Shown: positions 1 to 10,036 of the stretch, piece by piece | How positions within the stretch are numbered: the first letter of the stretch is position 1 | Layout: every line of letters starts with the position of its first letter | DNA from: Candidatus Micrarchaeota archaeon | GTDB lineage: Archaea; Micrarchaeota; Micrarchaeia; Anstonellales; Bilamarchaeaceae | Direction: 5' to 3' | Assembly (NCBI GenBank): GCA_038046765.1 | Contig: JBBSVN010000010.1 | Coordinates: forward strand, 59,337 to 123,336 | DNA length: 64,000 nucleotides | Notes under the pieces: generated by a model | What the model was told of the DNA's origin: nothing | Databases searched by the model: none | Seen by the model: the letters and a program-made list of their open reading frames with translations, nothing else | Position numbers and translations under genes: made by a program

Positions 1-2
1 AT

Positions 3-170
3 GAACAGGGAGCATGTATCGATCCAAATGGTTCTGATTGTAGTTTGTCTGCAGAAGAAATCTCAAAAAATATTATGGCTTATTGCCCAATTAGAGAAAC
101 GTATGGACCTGCAGGATATCGCTATCTTAAAAATATTGTACTTTACAACTATACAAAGGTGTGTAAATGA
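3..170 (+). CDS. 3' end of a gene cut by the window edge; possible metzincin-like metalloprotease C-terminus
   Basis: Frame 3 is open from the edge (EQGACIDPNGSDC...NIMAYCP...VCK*) and its TGA overlaps the next ATG (ATGA at 167-170). NIMAY resembles a metzincin Met-turn. Confidence 0.45.
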   Translation, partial: EQGACIDPNGSDCSLSAEEISKNIMAYCPIRETYGPAGYRYLKNIVLYNYTKVCK

Positions 171-718
171 AAAATATTCTTTTAATACTTTTCTTTGTCG
201 GTCTTACTTCTTTAATTTATTCTCAAATTTATGATTTAAGTTTGCTTATTTATAAAAATGATAGCGCAAAAATAGTTGATATATCTATATCTGATTTTGA
301 GCCTGGCCCATTTCCAACTAGTCTAAATAATAATTATCATTTTGAAATTATTGATACGGAAAATAAAATTATTTTTAATCAACCCTTCACAATGAGATTT
401 GTTGTTTATCCAGACCCTTATGAAGATGGAACTGCAAGGGCTCAAGTAATCAATCTAAATCAAACTTATAGTTTTTGGAGATTACCCTACTTCCAAAATG
501 CAAAAACAATTCAGCTTTATCATGAAAATAAAAAAATCTGGGAATACAATGTCGAATACCTTTCTAATAAAACCTCACCCACCTTCCCAGAAAAACGATC
601 TGGAGTTATGGGGGTTATAAATAACAATATTCTTTTGGTTCTTTCCGGTTTATGTTTGGCTTTCTTAGCTATCCTTGCTTTGGCTTTCTTAGTTTACAAA
701 AAAGTTTTGAAAAAGTGA
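167..718 (+). CDS. secreted, C-terminally membrane-anchored hypothetical protein
   Basis: N-terminal signal peptide; C-terminal TM helix followed by a lysine-rich tail. Confidence 0.8.
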   Translation: MKNILLILFFVGLTSLIYSQIYDLSLLIYKNDSAKIVDISISDFEPGPFPTSLNNNYHFEIIDTENKIIFNQPFTMRFVVYPDPYEDGTARAQVINLNQTYSFWRLPYFQNAKTIQLYHENKKIWEYNVEYLSNKTSPTFPEKRSGVMGVINNNILLVLSGLCLAFLAILALAFLVYKKVLKK

Positions 719-722
719 TACT

Positions 723-1058
723 ATGAAGACGCAAATTTTCCTGTTTACAATCTTATTTTTGACTTTACTCGGTTGCACTCAAACTCCCCAGGGCAAAAAC
801 TGTGGGACTGATAAAGAGTGCCTCAAGTCAGCCTTTACAAGTTGTGAGCAAGCGTATGGAAAATGGGTTGGTAAAAACGGAAATATCGGCATTCAAATTT
901 TAAACAACTCTTCAGACAGTTGCAAAATTATATTTTTGGTTATGGACAGTAATCTGGAAATATCCAATAAAAGTATAAATTGCAGTTTTTCCCCCTCTAA
1001 AAATTTCTCGATTGTAGAAGATTGCAACGGTGAATTAAAAACTTTGCTTAGTAATTAA
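723..1058 (+). CDS. Cys-rich lipoprotein
   Basis: Signal peptide with lipobox LLGC; several paired cysteines. Confidence 0.75.
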   Translation: MKTQIFLFTILFLTLLGCTQTPQGKNCGTDKECLKSAFTSCEQAYGKWVGKNGNIGIQILNNSSDSCKIIFLVMDSNLEISNKSINCSFSPSKNFSIVEDCNGELKTLLSN

Positions 1059-1075
1059 AACTAAGGTAAATATTT

Positions 1076-1411
1076 ATGGGCATTCTAGACATCTTCAAAA
1101 CAATGCTAAAGGGAAATTCTAATTCCAACAAAGGTCAAAAACAAAAATGTCCAAATTGCGGCGAAATTCTATTTCTAAACCAAGAACGTTGCGAAAAATG
1201 CGGAATCAGAGTAAAATCAATGTTTAGGATGTCATGTCCTAAATGCAAAAATTTAAACGAACTTGATGCAAAAAAATGCACTAAATGCAAATACGATTTT
1301 GAAGCAGAGTTTGCAAGGGCAGCTAGGACATTCTTTGTCTGTCCCATTTGTGGTTATAAAAGTGAAGCATACTTGACAGAATGTCCTGCTTGCAGTACGA
1401 GATTTGGCTAG
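1076..1411 (+). CDS. multiple zinc-ribbon protein
   Basis: Six CxxC pairs. Confidence 0.85.
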   Translation: MGILDIFKTMLKGNSNSNKGQKQKCPNCGEILFLNQERCEKCGIRVKSMFRMSCPKCKNLNELDAKKCTKCKYDFEAEFARAARTFFVCPICGYKSEAYLTECPACSTRFG

Positions 1412-1484
1412 TCACTATTTATTGTCCAATGTTAGTCCTTTTTATTATTTCTCATTCCTTTATCTATAATATCAATTTGATCAA

Positions 1485-2066
1485 GTGATACTCATGCCTG
1501 AAGGAGCATTTAAGATGGAAGAAACCCACAAGAAGAAAATGGAAGAACATAAACGTAAGTTCACTTATCTTCTTGACGAAGATCATACCGAAGTCAAACG
1601 CCTTAGCTTAGAAGATTTAGAAGAAGCCGTAAAAATAATGCGAAAGTGCGCTTTTGATGTAACTGATACTGATGTAAAAACAATAATTGTTTATAACAAT
1701 AGTTTTGGATGCTATGTCAACAGGATGCTAATTGGTGTTGGTTTATCTTGGCCTGCACATCTTAATTTAGACCAAAAAATCTTAACTGCAGGAGAGCCAA
1801 ATGCGATATACTTAGAAGACCCAGCCGTATTGCTCGCTTACGAAGGTCGTGGATTAAGGCGAGTTTTATTACATGAACGGGAAAACGAAGGTAAAAAACT
1901 TAATTTAAAATACTCTATTGCATACTTAGCTGAAAATATCGAAAAAGGGACTTCTATAGAAGAATCCATTAAAGAAGGCGGTTCGCAATTAGAAAAACTC
2001 TACTTATCCGAAGGCTACAAATTTTTTAGGACCGATCGCGGGATTATGGCATTAAAAGAATTGTAA
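1485..2066 (+). CDS. GNAT-family acetyltransferase-like protein
   Basis: YEGRGLRR resembles GNAT motif A; C-terminal LYLSEGY resembles the FY..GF motif. Confidence 0.6.
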   Translation: MILMPEGAFKMEETHKKKMEEHKRKFTYLLDEDHTEVKRLSLEDLEEAVKIMRKCAFDVTDTDVKTIIVYNNSFGCYVNRMLIGVGLSWPAHLNLDQKILTAGEPNAIYLEDPAVLLAYEGRGLRRVLLHERENEGKKLNLKYSIAYLAENIEKGTSIEESIKEGGSQLEKLYLSEGYKFFRTDRGIMALKEL

Positions 2067-2107
2067 TTTTGGTTGACTTATTTAAACTTTATCCAATATA
2101 TAGTATC

Positions 2108-3877
2108 ATGAAATTTTCTTATGTTTGTTTATTTACGCTACTTATTGTGTCATTATCTACTGCGATATCTTGCAATGGGATTGCATCTAATTTCGCCCCG
2201 TCAGTTGTAGCCGATAATCGAACTGCTATTGGCGAATTATTCAATATGTCTGTTCGAGTATCACAAGGTACTGGGAATATTTATTTTACAATTGATCCTG
2301 AAGTTGGATTAACAACTCAGTTCTCTGCATTATCTGCAATAAGATACGCTTATTCGATATCCAATGTATCAAACCAAAGCTGTGATACTTTTGTAACATT
2401 AAGTCGTTCGGAAGGTGTTGAATCAGTAGATGGTCCAAGTGCAGGATTAAATCTGGCAGTGCTAACTTACGCTGCACTAAATAACGAGCCTGTACGAAGC
2501 GATACTGTATTAACTGGAGCAATAAGTAAATATGGTAATGCATTACCTGTTGGCGGACTTTTTGAAAAATCAAAAGCAGCTGCATTAAGCGGGGCAAAAT
2601 ATTTTGCAGCACCACTTGATAGTCTTACAACAAGAATAATTCTGCTACCAATTGAAAAAAAATACAATATCCAAATCGTTAATATAAAAACTGCTAAAGA
2701 GGCCATAGACTTTTTAGTTAATGGAAAATTGCCGCAAGAGAGTTCGCTGTTCGATGCAACGGGGGTATCTCCTCCTGATATTAACGCTTCTACGGTAAGC
2801 GGTATAGAAAATTTCAAACAACTTGCCCTAAACATGGTTTCACTCAATAATGATTCTATATCTAATTTTAAGTATTCTGACAAATATGCAAATGCAATAA
2901 AATCTGGATTTAATTTAACTATAAAAAAAGAAGAACTTTTACTAAACAAAGGTTACTTCTTTACTGCTGCTAATGATGCATTTCTAAATTATATCGGCCT
3001 CGAAACCATAAATGGTTATTATTCTGGAGATTACGTAAACATCCGGGAAACAAAAAAAGAAATTAATAATTGTATCTCTTCCATTCCAGTTATTCCCAAG
3101 ACCCTTAAGAACTACGAATTCGTAATCGGTTCAGAATTAAGAAAAGGGTGGGCAGAAGAAAAAATACAAAGTACCGAACCAGGGATTCTAGAAGAAGAAA
3201 AATACTTCAATTATAATGATCTTATGTATGCTAAAGCCTGGTGTATTGTTTCATCTTCAATAATAGATGCCGTACCAGTTCAAAACTCACCTGAACAAAT
3301 CTATGTTAATGAATCTTTATGGCAAGATTTATCAAAGAAAAGGCTGGATTACGTAGAAAAAATAAATTCCACAAATGGTGAATTTAAAAGAAGAAAAACG
3401 GTTGCAGAAAACCTTTACAATCAAGGTAAATACGGTGCATCTGTCTTTGAATCGCAATATCTTATTAATTACTACGCCTTAGATTATTTGTCTAATGATT
3501 CACTTACTAATACTAATGCAGTTAACACATCCACTCTATTCTCTTATTATACAACTTCACTGTGGGCAAAAGTATATGCGTCCCATGCAGAGTTTATCTA
3601 TCAGACTAGTGATGATAAAAATGAAGCGATTAAACTTTTATCCTATTCTAAATCCTTAAATGACCTAAATGAGGCACTATTAGATGCTCAAAAGATTAAC
3701 AATTCCATAAATTCTACAGGTTCTAGTTTACAAAATAATTTACAATCTCCTGAAGATAGTTTATACAAATATCTTATTTTCGGTGTCTTATTTATTTTAA
3801 TAATCATCGTACTATTATACATCCAGTCCAGACCAAAAAAACAATCTGAAGCTCCAAGATACTACAAAAAGAAGTGA
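2108..3877 (+). CDS. secreted/membrane-anchored Lon-like (S16) serine protease
   Basis: DGPSAG catalytic Ser motif and VGGLFEK catalytic Lys; signal peptide starts at MKFSYV (2108) with a TATA-like box upstream; C-terminal TM helix. Confidence 0.85.
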   Translation: MKFSYVCLFTLLIVSLSTAISCNGIASNFAPSVVADNRTAIGELFNMSVRVSQGTGNIYFTIDPEVGLTTQFSALSAIRYAYSISNVSNQSCDTFVTLSRSEGVESVDGPSAGLNLAVLTYAALNNEPVRSDTVLTGAISKYGNALPVGGLFEKSKAAALSGAKYFAAPLDSLTTRIILLPIEKKYNIQIVNIKTAKEAIDFLVNGKLPQESSLFDATGVSPPDINASTVSGIENFKQLALNMVSLNNDSISNFKYSDKYANAIKSGFNLTIKKEELLLNKGYFFTAANDAFLNYIGLETINGYYSGDYVNIRETKKEINNCISSIPVIPKTLKNYEFVIGSELRKGWAEEKIQSTEPGILEEEKYFNYNDLMYAKAWCIVSSSIIDAVPVQNSPEQIYVNESLWQDLSKKRLDYVEKINSTNGEFKRRKTVAENLYNQGKYGASVFESQYLINYYALDYLSNDSLTNTNAVNTSTLFSYYTTSLWAKVYASHAEFIYQTSDDKNEAIKLLSYSKSLNDLNEALLDAQKINNSINSTGSSLQNNLQSPEDSLYKYLIFGVLFILIIIVLLYIQSRPKKQSEAPRYYKKK

Positions 3878-3881
3878 AAAT

Positions 3882-4694
3882 ATGCAAACTTTAACTGATG
3901 GTGTGTACTTAGAAAATGCAGTCGAATTTGAATGTAAAAAGCTAGAGCTTGAAATAAAATATGCTATTTCCAAATCCTCTTCATCTGAAAAAGCGCAGTT
4001 CTTTGAATCAGAACTTCTAGAACTTAATCAAAAAATTACTAAGAATTCAGAAAAATTTTCCAAACAATTAAAAGAAATCGCTCCTTTACCAAATTATAAT
4101 CGAATCAAACAGCTTTCCGAATTTTTAAAAGCTAATCATGACAAGTTACTTTTAAGTTTAAAGCAAAAAGCTGGTACAGAGTATGAATTTTTGACTGAGT
4201 TTTTAAATCTTCTTAAGAAAAATAGCGATAATAAAAAAGAAATAGCCAAACTTAACTTAATTTTTGCGAAGCTTGGTTCGGAAGATAAAAATCGGATATC
4301 CTCTATTTTGTCTTTAGGATCCATCGAATCAACGGTGGAATTTTTTGCCGAAGAGAAAACAAAACTGCTACTAAAAAAAATCTTTGCAAGACTCTTTGAT
4401 ACTAGTGCTGAAGCATTCATTATAATAAACGGGAAAAAATTCTGGTTCGATGCCCTATTAAAAGATAAATTTAATGATAACCTAAATCAGATAAAGATAT
4501 TCTCAACTAAAATGCAAGTTTTATCAGCCCAAAAGCAAAGAGGCGAACTTGATGAAGAAAAAGATAAAGAATTCTCATCTTTACAAGAAAATTATCTTAA
4601 ACTTTTAAAAGAACAAGATGAACTTTTAAAGGATTTTAATGAAGAGTATAACTTTGCCTCAACATCTGAAGTTAAAGTTGCTGCTGTAGCATAA
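3882..4694 (+). CDS. hypothetical coiled-coil protein
   Basis: 270-aa K/E/L-rich ORF directly after the protease gene. Confidence 0.7.
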   Translation: MQTLTDGVYLENAVEFECKKLELEIKYAISKSSSSEKAQFFESELLELNQKITKNSEKFSKQLKEIAPLPNYNRIKQLSEFLKANHDKLLLSLKQKAGTEYEFLTEFLNLLKKNSDNKKEIAKLNLIFAKLGSEDKNRISSILSLGSIESTVEFFAEEKTKLLLKKIFARLFDTSAEAFIIINGKKFWFDALLKDKFNDNLNQIKIFSTKMQVLSAQKQRGELDEEKDKEFSSLQENYLKLLKEQDELLKDFNEEYNFASTSEVKVAAVA

Positions 4695-4713
4695 TTCATT
4701 TTGCTCCTAATTT

Positions 4714-6273
4714 TCATAAATTCTTCTTAACATAAGGCCCAGCCCTTTTATACCCTAGTTTAAAGTAGTATTCTCGAACTCCAGTTCCTGCAATTATTAC
4801 CATCTTGGTTTTTCCAAATTCTTCTTTTGCAATTTTTTCTGCCATTTCTAATAATTCCCTTCCTAGTCCTTTATGCTGTGCTTTTTTGGTTTCCCTTTTT
4901 CCAACGTCTAATTCCTGGCCATAAATATGTAATTCACGTATAAGTGCTGTTTTACTATCTATTTCTTTTCTATGACTTTTACCCGGTATTCTTAATCGCA
5001 AAAACCCTGCAATAATTGAGTCATCCTTGTTTTCAAACGAAAGAAATATTTCCTTACCTAAGCTAGCCTCATAATCCATTCTTTTAATCTCAAAATCTGC
5101 TGATTTAAAGTCCATTTTATTTAGGCCGATTTCTCGGTATCTGATTTCTTTTGGAACTATTCCCTTCTCGCGCATCTTGGATTCAACCATTTCTCTTAGG
5201 TTGCTCTTTTTCACTCCCTCGGCAATATTTGTTGCTGGAATGTCTCTTTGTATTCGCATTACTCTTACGTATTTTGGGATATATCTATAAAATTCTGAAA
5301 TTATTTCTGCTGCCTGTTCGCTTGTATATGGCGTATACTTTCCTTGGTGCATCATCGTATATAACTCTGTTTTTGGTATTACTAATGTCGGATAAATCTT
5401 TAGCATGTCTGGTTTAAAATCAGGATTTTCAAAAACTTTCTTTACCATTTCTATGTCCTTTTCCCTGTTTGAACCAGGCTGGCCGGGCATTAGGTGATAC
5501 ACGATTTTGAAGCAGGCATCTTTAAGATTTTTTGTAGATTCAACAACATGTTTTGTCAAGTGTCCTCTTTTAGTTATCTTATAAATTTCATCATCTGGGT
5601 TTTGAACACCAAGTTCAATTCTTGTAGCACCAAATTCAAGTATTTCGTCAATATGTTTTGTAGTACATACATCTGGTCTGGTTTCTATTGTTAAGCCTAC
5701 TATCCTATGCTCGGCAGTTTCATTTATTTTTTTTGCATTTTTTATGTTTGTGCTTTTTTTGCAGTTACAAGCATCATAAATATTTTTTATAAAATAATTC
5801 TTGTATTCTTCGTCCATTGCTAAAAATGTTCCTCCCATTACTATTACTTCGCATTTATCTGTGCTGTGCCCACCAATATTAAACTGATTCAGTCTCATTT
5901 TAACCTGCTTGTACGGGTCAAATCCGTTATCTATCGAACGACGCGCCGCGGGTTCATCGCCCGTATAACTTTTAGCAGCCCTTCCGGTAAATGGGCAAAA
6001 TATGCACTTATACAAGCATGATTTTTCCGGTTTAATCATTACTGCAACTGGTGTTACACCAGAAAGCGTTCGCATTGGCTTTTTTAGAAGTTTAAAATTA
6101 GTAATTATTTTTCTTTCTTTTATTCTTTCTATGATTTCGCTATTCTTTAATACTTGTTTTAATTTAAACTTCCTTGCAACCTCATTTTTTAAGACTTTAA
6201 GGTTTTTTCCTCCGTTTTGTAATTTGTCGATTATATAATCTATCGCTTCTTCGTTATTCATATAAATACACAA
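4714..6273 (-). CDS. elp3: Elp3 tRNA U34 carboxymethyltransferase (radical SAM + GNAT)
   Basis: RTLSGV, CxxxCxxC (CLYKCIFC), IETRPD, LKIYPT, RELHIYG and QHKGLG motifs. The true start may be the ATG at ~6261. Confidence 0.95.
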   Translation of the reverse strand: MCIYMNNEEAIDYIIDKLQNGGKNLKVLKNEVARKFKLKQVLKNSEIIERIKERKIITNFKLLKKPMRTLSGVTPVAVMIKPEKSCLYKCIFCPFTGRAAKSYTGDEPAARRSIDNGFDPYKQVKMRLNQFNIGGHSTDKCEVIVMGGTFLAMDEEYKNYFIKNIYDACNCKKSTNIKNAKKINETAEHRIVGLTIETRPDVCTTKHIDEILEFGATRIELGVQNPDDEIYKITKRGHLTKHVVESTKNLKDACFKIVYHLMPGQPGSNREKDIEMVKKVFENPDFKPDMLKIYPTLVIPKTELYTMMHQGKYTPYTSEQAAEIISEFYRYIPKYVRVMRIQRDIPATNIAEGVKKSNLREMVESKMREKGIVPKEIRYREIGLNKMDFKSADFEIKRMDYEASLGKEIFLSFENKDDSIIAGFLRLRIPGKSHRKEIDSKTALIRELHIYGQELDVGKRETKKAQHKGLGRELLEMAEKIAKEEFGKTKMVIIAGTGVREYYFKLGYKRAGPYVKKNL

Positions 6274-6310
6274 ATTTTAAAATAAATTTTTAAAATATCT
6301 CATTAAAAAA

Positions 6311-7120
6311 TTAAAATAAATTCGAAAGCAGGCCTGCAAACGAGTAAACTATGTTTTCAAAGAATGGGAATATTAATACTCCGTTGTTGGTTGCTTTGTA
6401 ATCTGCTAATATATCTGTCCTTACGTTTAATGTAATGTTTGTATCCTTCTGGATAAGTGAGCTTGCCTTTGATTTAACCTTTAATGTGACCTTATAACTC
6501 TCTTCTTCTCTATTAGTTATTTCGTAAAATACTGTCTTTGTGCTTTGTGCTGCAACGTAAACTGGTTTTTTGTACTCCCATCTTTTTATTCCTTCACTTG
6601 ATACTTCAAATACATCTGCTGCTGAACCTTTATTTGTTATTGTTATTACATACCTGGCTGGCTGGTCTGGCCCAACCGTTATCTCTGTGGGTGTTATAGA
6701 CGTTTCTAAAACATCCTTCGTTATTTGTACTCTGACTTTAAAACTGACATTATTTAATTGCTCCCCGTAATTTTGATCAATGGTCGTTATTTCTGCACTA
6801 TATACTCCTTCTTTTGCATTTTCATCAGCAGTTATTTCTACTTGCAAGGGATTACCATATATTTTACTATTTTTTGCTTTCCAGTTTGGGGGTAACGCGG
6901 TTACGACGGCCTGGTCATATTGGCCTCCTTTGTCAAATTTTCCCCCTGTTATAACTTTTGGTTCGATGCTTACAAATATCGTTTGACCCGGCCCAATTTT
7001 ACCTAAGTCTATTGTTTCTGCGCCTTTTAATTGTGCCTTTATCGGCTGAATTAGTTCTATTGCAAAACTTACTGAAAATAATAAAACGAAGATTGCCAGA
7101 AATGTTGTATATTTATTCAT
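6311..7120 (-). CDS. exported Ig-like/beta-sandwich protein
   Basis: Signal peptide; beta-rich repeats (ITITNKG...D.F) typical of surface Ig-like domains. Confidence 0.7.
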   Translation of the reverse strand: MNKYTTFLAIFVLLFSVSFAIELIQPIKAQLKGAETIDLGKIGPGQTIFVSIEPKVITGGKFDKGGQYDQAVVTALPPNWKAKNSKIYGNPLQVEITADENAKEGVYSAEITTIDQNYGEQLNNVSFKVRVQITKDVLETSITPTEITVGPDQPARYVITITNKGSAADVFEVSSEGIKRWEYKKPVYVAAQSTKTVFYEITNREEESYKVTLKVKSKASSLIQKDTNITLNVRTDILADYKATNNGVLIFPFFENIVYSFAGLLSNLF

Positions 7121-7175
7121 GTCTTATTATCGCTAATAAATATTAAAAAGCCGCTCTTTGTTAGTTCTTTGTTAA

Positions 7176-8153
7176 TTATTGCCTTAATGGATTAAGCATC
7201 CGTTCTTCTATTACGCAAATGAATGTACTTTTTCCTATAATCCCTGCAAACTTAGTCTTAATTTCGCTCATAAAATTATGTAGTTCGACATTGTCCCTTA
7301 CAATTATGTCTAGTTCAATATCGTGGCTTCCGATCGTCTTGTTTAGAAAAATCAGGTCATCATTTTCTATACAAAATTGCAGAAATTGTTTTTCTTTTTC
7401 TGGTGTAATACTTCTAAAGTTAATTAATAATTTGTAATAATTAAATCCTAATTTTCTGGCATCAAACCATGCAGTGTAGCCTAAGATGTACTCCTTCTCT
7501 ATAAGTTTTTTTATTCGGTATTGTACTGCATCTGGAGTTAATTCTACTTTACTAGCTAGTTCAACTGTCGTAGTTCGCGCGTTCTGATAGAGTAAAGACA
7601 ATATTTTCATATCTGTCTTGTCTGGTTTTTCTACATTCACAATTTTCTCTAGTGGGAGCTCGGGGTGGCGTTCGCTTTCTAATGCCTTATTCCATGATAA
7701 ATATGTTTGATAGATGGTTGTTGCTATTGTTTTCTCTACTATTTTTTCACCAAATCTTGCAGTCATTATTGCTGCTGCCTTTTCTACTTCGATTTCGTCT
7801 TGCGCTACTATTCGCCAAAGAACATCATATTCGCCTTCGCAAATCGTTCCCCATAAAGTTCTAGGATATTCCTCAAAAAGCGTGAGTACATTTTCCTCGG
7901 TTTTTTTATCCATGCCGTGGAATTTGAAATAAAGGCGATACCCTTTAAGCCCTAATTTAGCGAGGTTTACATCTGCAAAAAGTAGTGAAATTAGGCCTGA
8001 TTCTTTAAGTTGGGTTAATCTTCGCTCTACTGCACTGCTAGATAATTTTAGTTTCTCACCAAGCTTTGTGAAGCTTTCGCGTGAATTAAGATAAAGTAAC
8101 GTTAGAAGTTGTTTGTCTTTTTTGTCTAGTTTAGTTGTGTTACTAGTCATCAC
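7176..8153 (-). CDS. tandem (two-unit) Lrp/AsnC transcriptional regulator
   Basis: Two HTH+RAM units (LDKKDKQLL..NSR; DKTDMKIL..NAR..VQYRIKKL). Confidence 0.9.
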   Translation of the reverse strand: MMTSNTTKLDKKDKQLLTLLYLNSRESFTKLGEKLKLSSSAVERRLTQLKESGLISLLFADVNLAKLGLKGYRLYFKFHGMDKKTEENVLTLFEEYPRTLWGTICEGEYDVLWRIVAQDEIEVEKAAAIMTARFGEKIVEKTIATTIYQTYLSWNKALESERHPELPLEKIVNVEKPDKTDMKILSLLYQNARTTTVELASKVELTPDAVQYRIKKLIEKEYILGYTAWFDARKLGFNYYKLLINFRSITPEKEKQFLQFCIENDDLIFLNKTIGSHDIELDIIVRDNVELHNFMSEIKTKFAGIIGKSTFICVIEERMLNPLRQ

Positions 8154-8628
8154 TTAATATCGCCTCCTCTTCCCCTTTTGAAAATACATAGTAGTCCTTA
8201 TTTTTCAAGTCCGTCAAGATAATTTTTAATTCTATATTAGAAACTATCTCTGTTTTTTTGCACATTAAAAGAAAACTTGCTAAACTTATGGCTACAAGTC
8301 CCTCTTTTTCTGCTTTTTCTAGTGCCTTTTTATCATCAATAAGTAAAATTCCATTTTTTTCTTTGGCAAGTTTAATACAAGCCATTTCTCCTTTACCGAA
8401 TGTTTGGTTACTGCTAATTTCCATTGGAATAACTAGAATTTTAGATATATTCTCCTTGTCATAGCTAAAAAGATAAGCTACACTCATAAAAAAAGGACTC
8501 TTTTGAATTTCTTCTAATACCTGAATAGGGGCTAAAATTTGTTCAATTTCAAAAAGTCTGAAAATAAGTTCAATTCTATTTATTTTAAGCATGCTACTGA
8601 TAAAACCCGTGTCAACAACTACTATCAT
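8143..8628 (-). CDS. PIN-domain toxin (DUF3368-like)
   Basis: VVVDTG, GKGE and LLIDD acidic PIN motifs. Confidence 0.85.
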   Translation of the reverse strand: MIVVVDTGFISSMLKINRIELIFRLFEIEQILAPIQVLEEIQKSPFFMSVAYLFSYDKENISKILVIPMEISSNQTFGKGEMACIKLAKEKNGILLIDDKKALEKAEKEGLVAISLASFLLMCKKTEIVSNIELKIILTDLKNKDYYVFSKGEEEAILSDD

Positions 8629-8958
8629 TTATTTCGCCTTTTTTATCGCCTTTAAAGCCAGATTTGCTCGTTTTTTTACTTCTTCTGTAGTTTCATGTTT
8701 CCACAATTTTCTTTCCACAAGAATTTTTTTCATTTCATCATAAGACACGTCAGTTATTTCTGCAGCCCTACCGGTTGAAATCTTATTTTCTTTATACAGT
8801 TCCAAAGCTATTGCTGTTCTTACATCTCTTCTTACTGCTAGATATGCCCTTATTGCATCTCTTAAGAATTCGCTAGTGCTTGAATAAAGACCTGTTTTTG
8901 GTATTGCCTCAATTTCTTCTTTCATTAACGGAGGTAAAGTAAAACTTTCAACTGCCAT
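8629..8958 (-). CDS. RHH + UPF0175 antitoxin
   Basis: G.YSSTSEFLRDAIR (RHH) and LYKENKISTGRAAEI (UPF0175); abuts the PIN gene. Confidence 0.85.
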   Translation of the reverse strand: MAVESFTLPPLMKEEIEAIPKTGLYSSTSEFLRDAIRAYLAVRRDVRTAIALELYKENKISTGRAAEITDVSYDEMKKILVERKLWKHETTEEVKKRANLALKAIKKAK

Positions 8959-9058
8959 AATATCACCTAGATATTACTTAGATAATATATTTAATAAAAC
9001 TTTCGCTAAACTCTGTTTTATCTTATAAAATTTATTTATCCTAAAATATTTATATATT

Positions 9059-9098
9059 TTTCGGTTTATTTGCGTTTTTTAATGAAAGATAATAAATA
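9059..9098 (+). promoter_or_regulatory. BRE/TATA promoter block, also present at 11983-12022
   Basis: 25-bp exact match GTTTTTTAATGAAAGATAATAAATA plus TTTCGGTTT at identical spacing. Confidence 0.7.
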
Positions 9099-9118
9099 TA
9101 TTGAATGTTTAGTTATAA

Positions 9119-9982
9119 TTGGTGATAATGATGGTAAACGAAACTGAAATTAGAAGTTTGATTGAAGATTTAGGTACAGTTCCTTATGAAATGAGAGAAC
9201 CAATTGAACAAAAAATTCTAGAAATGGGTGCACCAGTTGTTTCATTACTACTTGATTATATAAAAAGAAATTATGCTCATCCAGAAAAATCATCAGCAAG
9301 TCATGCTAAAATCTTAGGTGAGTTCAGAAAAAAAGGCATTGTTCAAGCTACTAGTGCTTTGCTTGAACTATTAGATATTTTGCCATTTGAAAAATCAGTT
9401 CATGTTCGTCATGTTCTTGACTATTTAGAAACTTGGGCGATGCGTTGTGAAGAATTAACTCAAGAGAAGCTTTTACCCATCTTAAAGCGAGCATCAGATC
9501 GTCTACATAAAGATGTTGATCCAATTATGTATGCACATGACGATGCGGGTAAAACAATATTCCATATTACATTTTCCTTAGGTCTGCGTGGGAATATTGA
9601 TGTTTTACCTATTTATATGGAAGCCTGGGGACAACACCTTTTTGCATCTTGTAATTCTAGTCTTCAGGAAAGATGTGTAAATGTTTTAGGTTCCATCATC
9701 AAGAGAAGTTCGCCAGAAGAGGTTATGAAATACAAAGATCAAATCGAAAAATTTATTCAAAGGTTAGAAATTCTTGTACTTGAAGATAGTGTATTACCAT
9801 CTGATACAATTTTTTTATCTGAATTTGAAAGGACTAAGCAGGTGGTAAAAGAAAAATTTCAATCCTCATCAGTCAATCCTCTAGCAAAAGATGGCGAAAC
9901 ACTAGATGCAAAACATTTAACTGCTAGACCCGTTGCAGGAGGTGGGCAAGCTCCTCACGTTGCAAGGAGGATGTTTAGATAA
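9119..9982 (+). CDS. hypothetical helical (HEAT-like) protein
   Basis: 287-aa ORF; HEAT-like N-terminus (KILEMGAPVVSLLL); GGTGA SD-like sequence before the ATGs at ~9128-9131. Confidence 0.65.
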   Translation: MVIMMVNETEIRSLIEDLGTVPYEMREPIEQKILEMGAPVVSLLLDYIKRNYAHPEKSSASHAKILGEFRKKGIVQATSALLELLDILPFEKSVHVRHVLDYLETWAMRCEELTQEKLLPILKRASDRLHKDVDPIMYAHDDAGKTIFHITFSLGLRGNIDVLPIYMEAWGQHLFASCNSSLQERCVNVLGSIIKRSSPEEVMKYKDQIEKFIQRLEILVLEDSVLPSDTIFLSEFERTKQVVKEKFQSSSVNPLAKDGETLDAKHLTARPVAGGGQAPHVARRMFR

Positions 9983-10036
9983 TTTTCCTATTTGTTTCCT
10001 TTCTTTTTTAGTTCAAAATTAAAAATTATTTAACTG

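Noticed and set aside
1..234. 77-aa ORF in the track
   Set aside because: It overlaps the 167 gene heavily; frame 3 ending at 170 with an ATGA junction is the more plausible coding frame.
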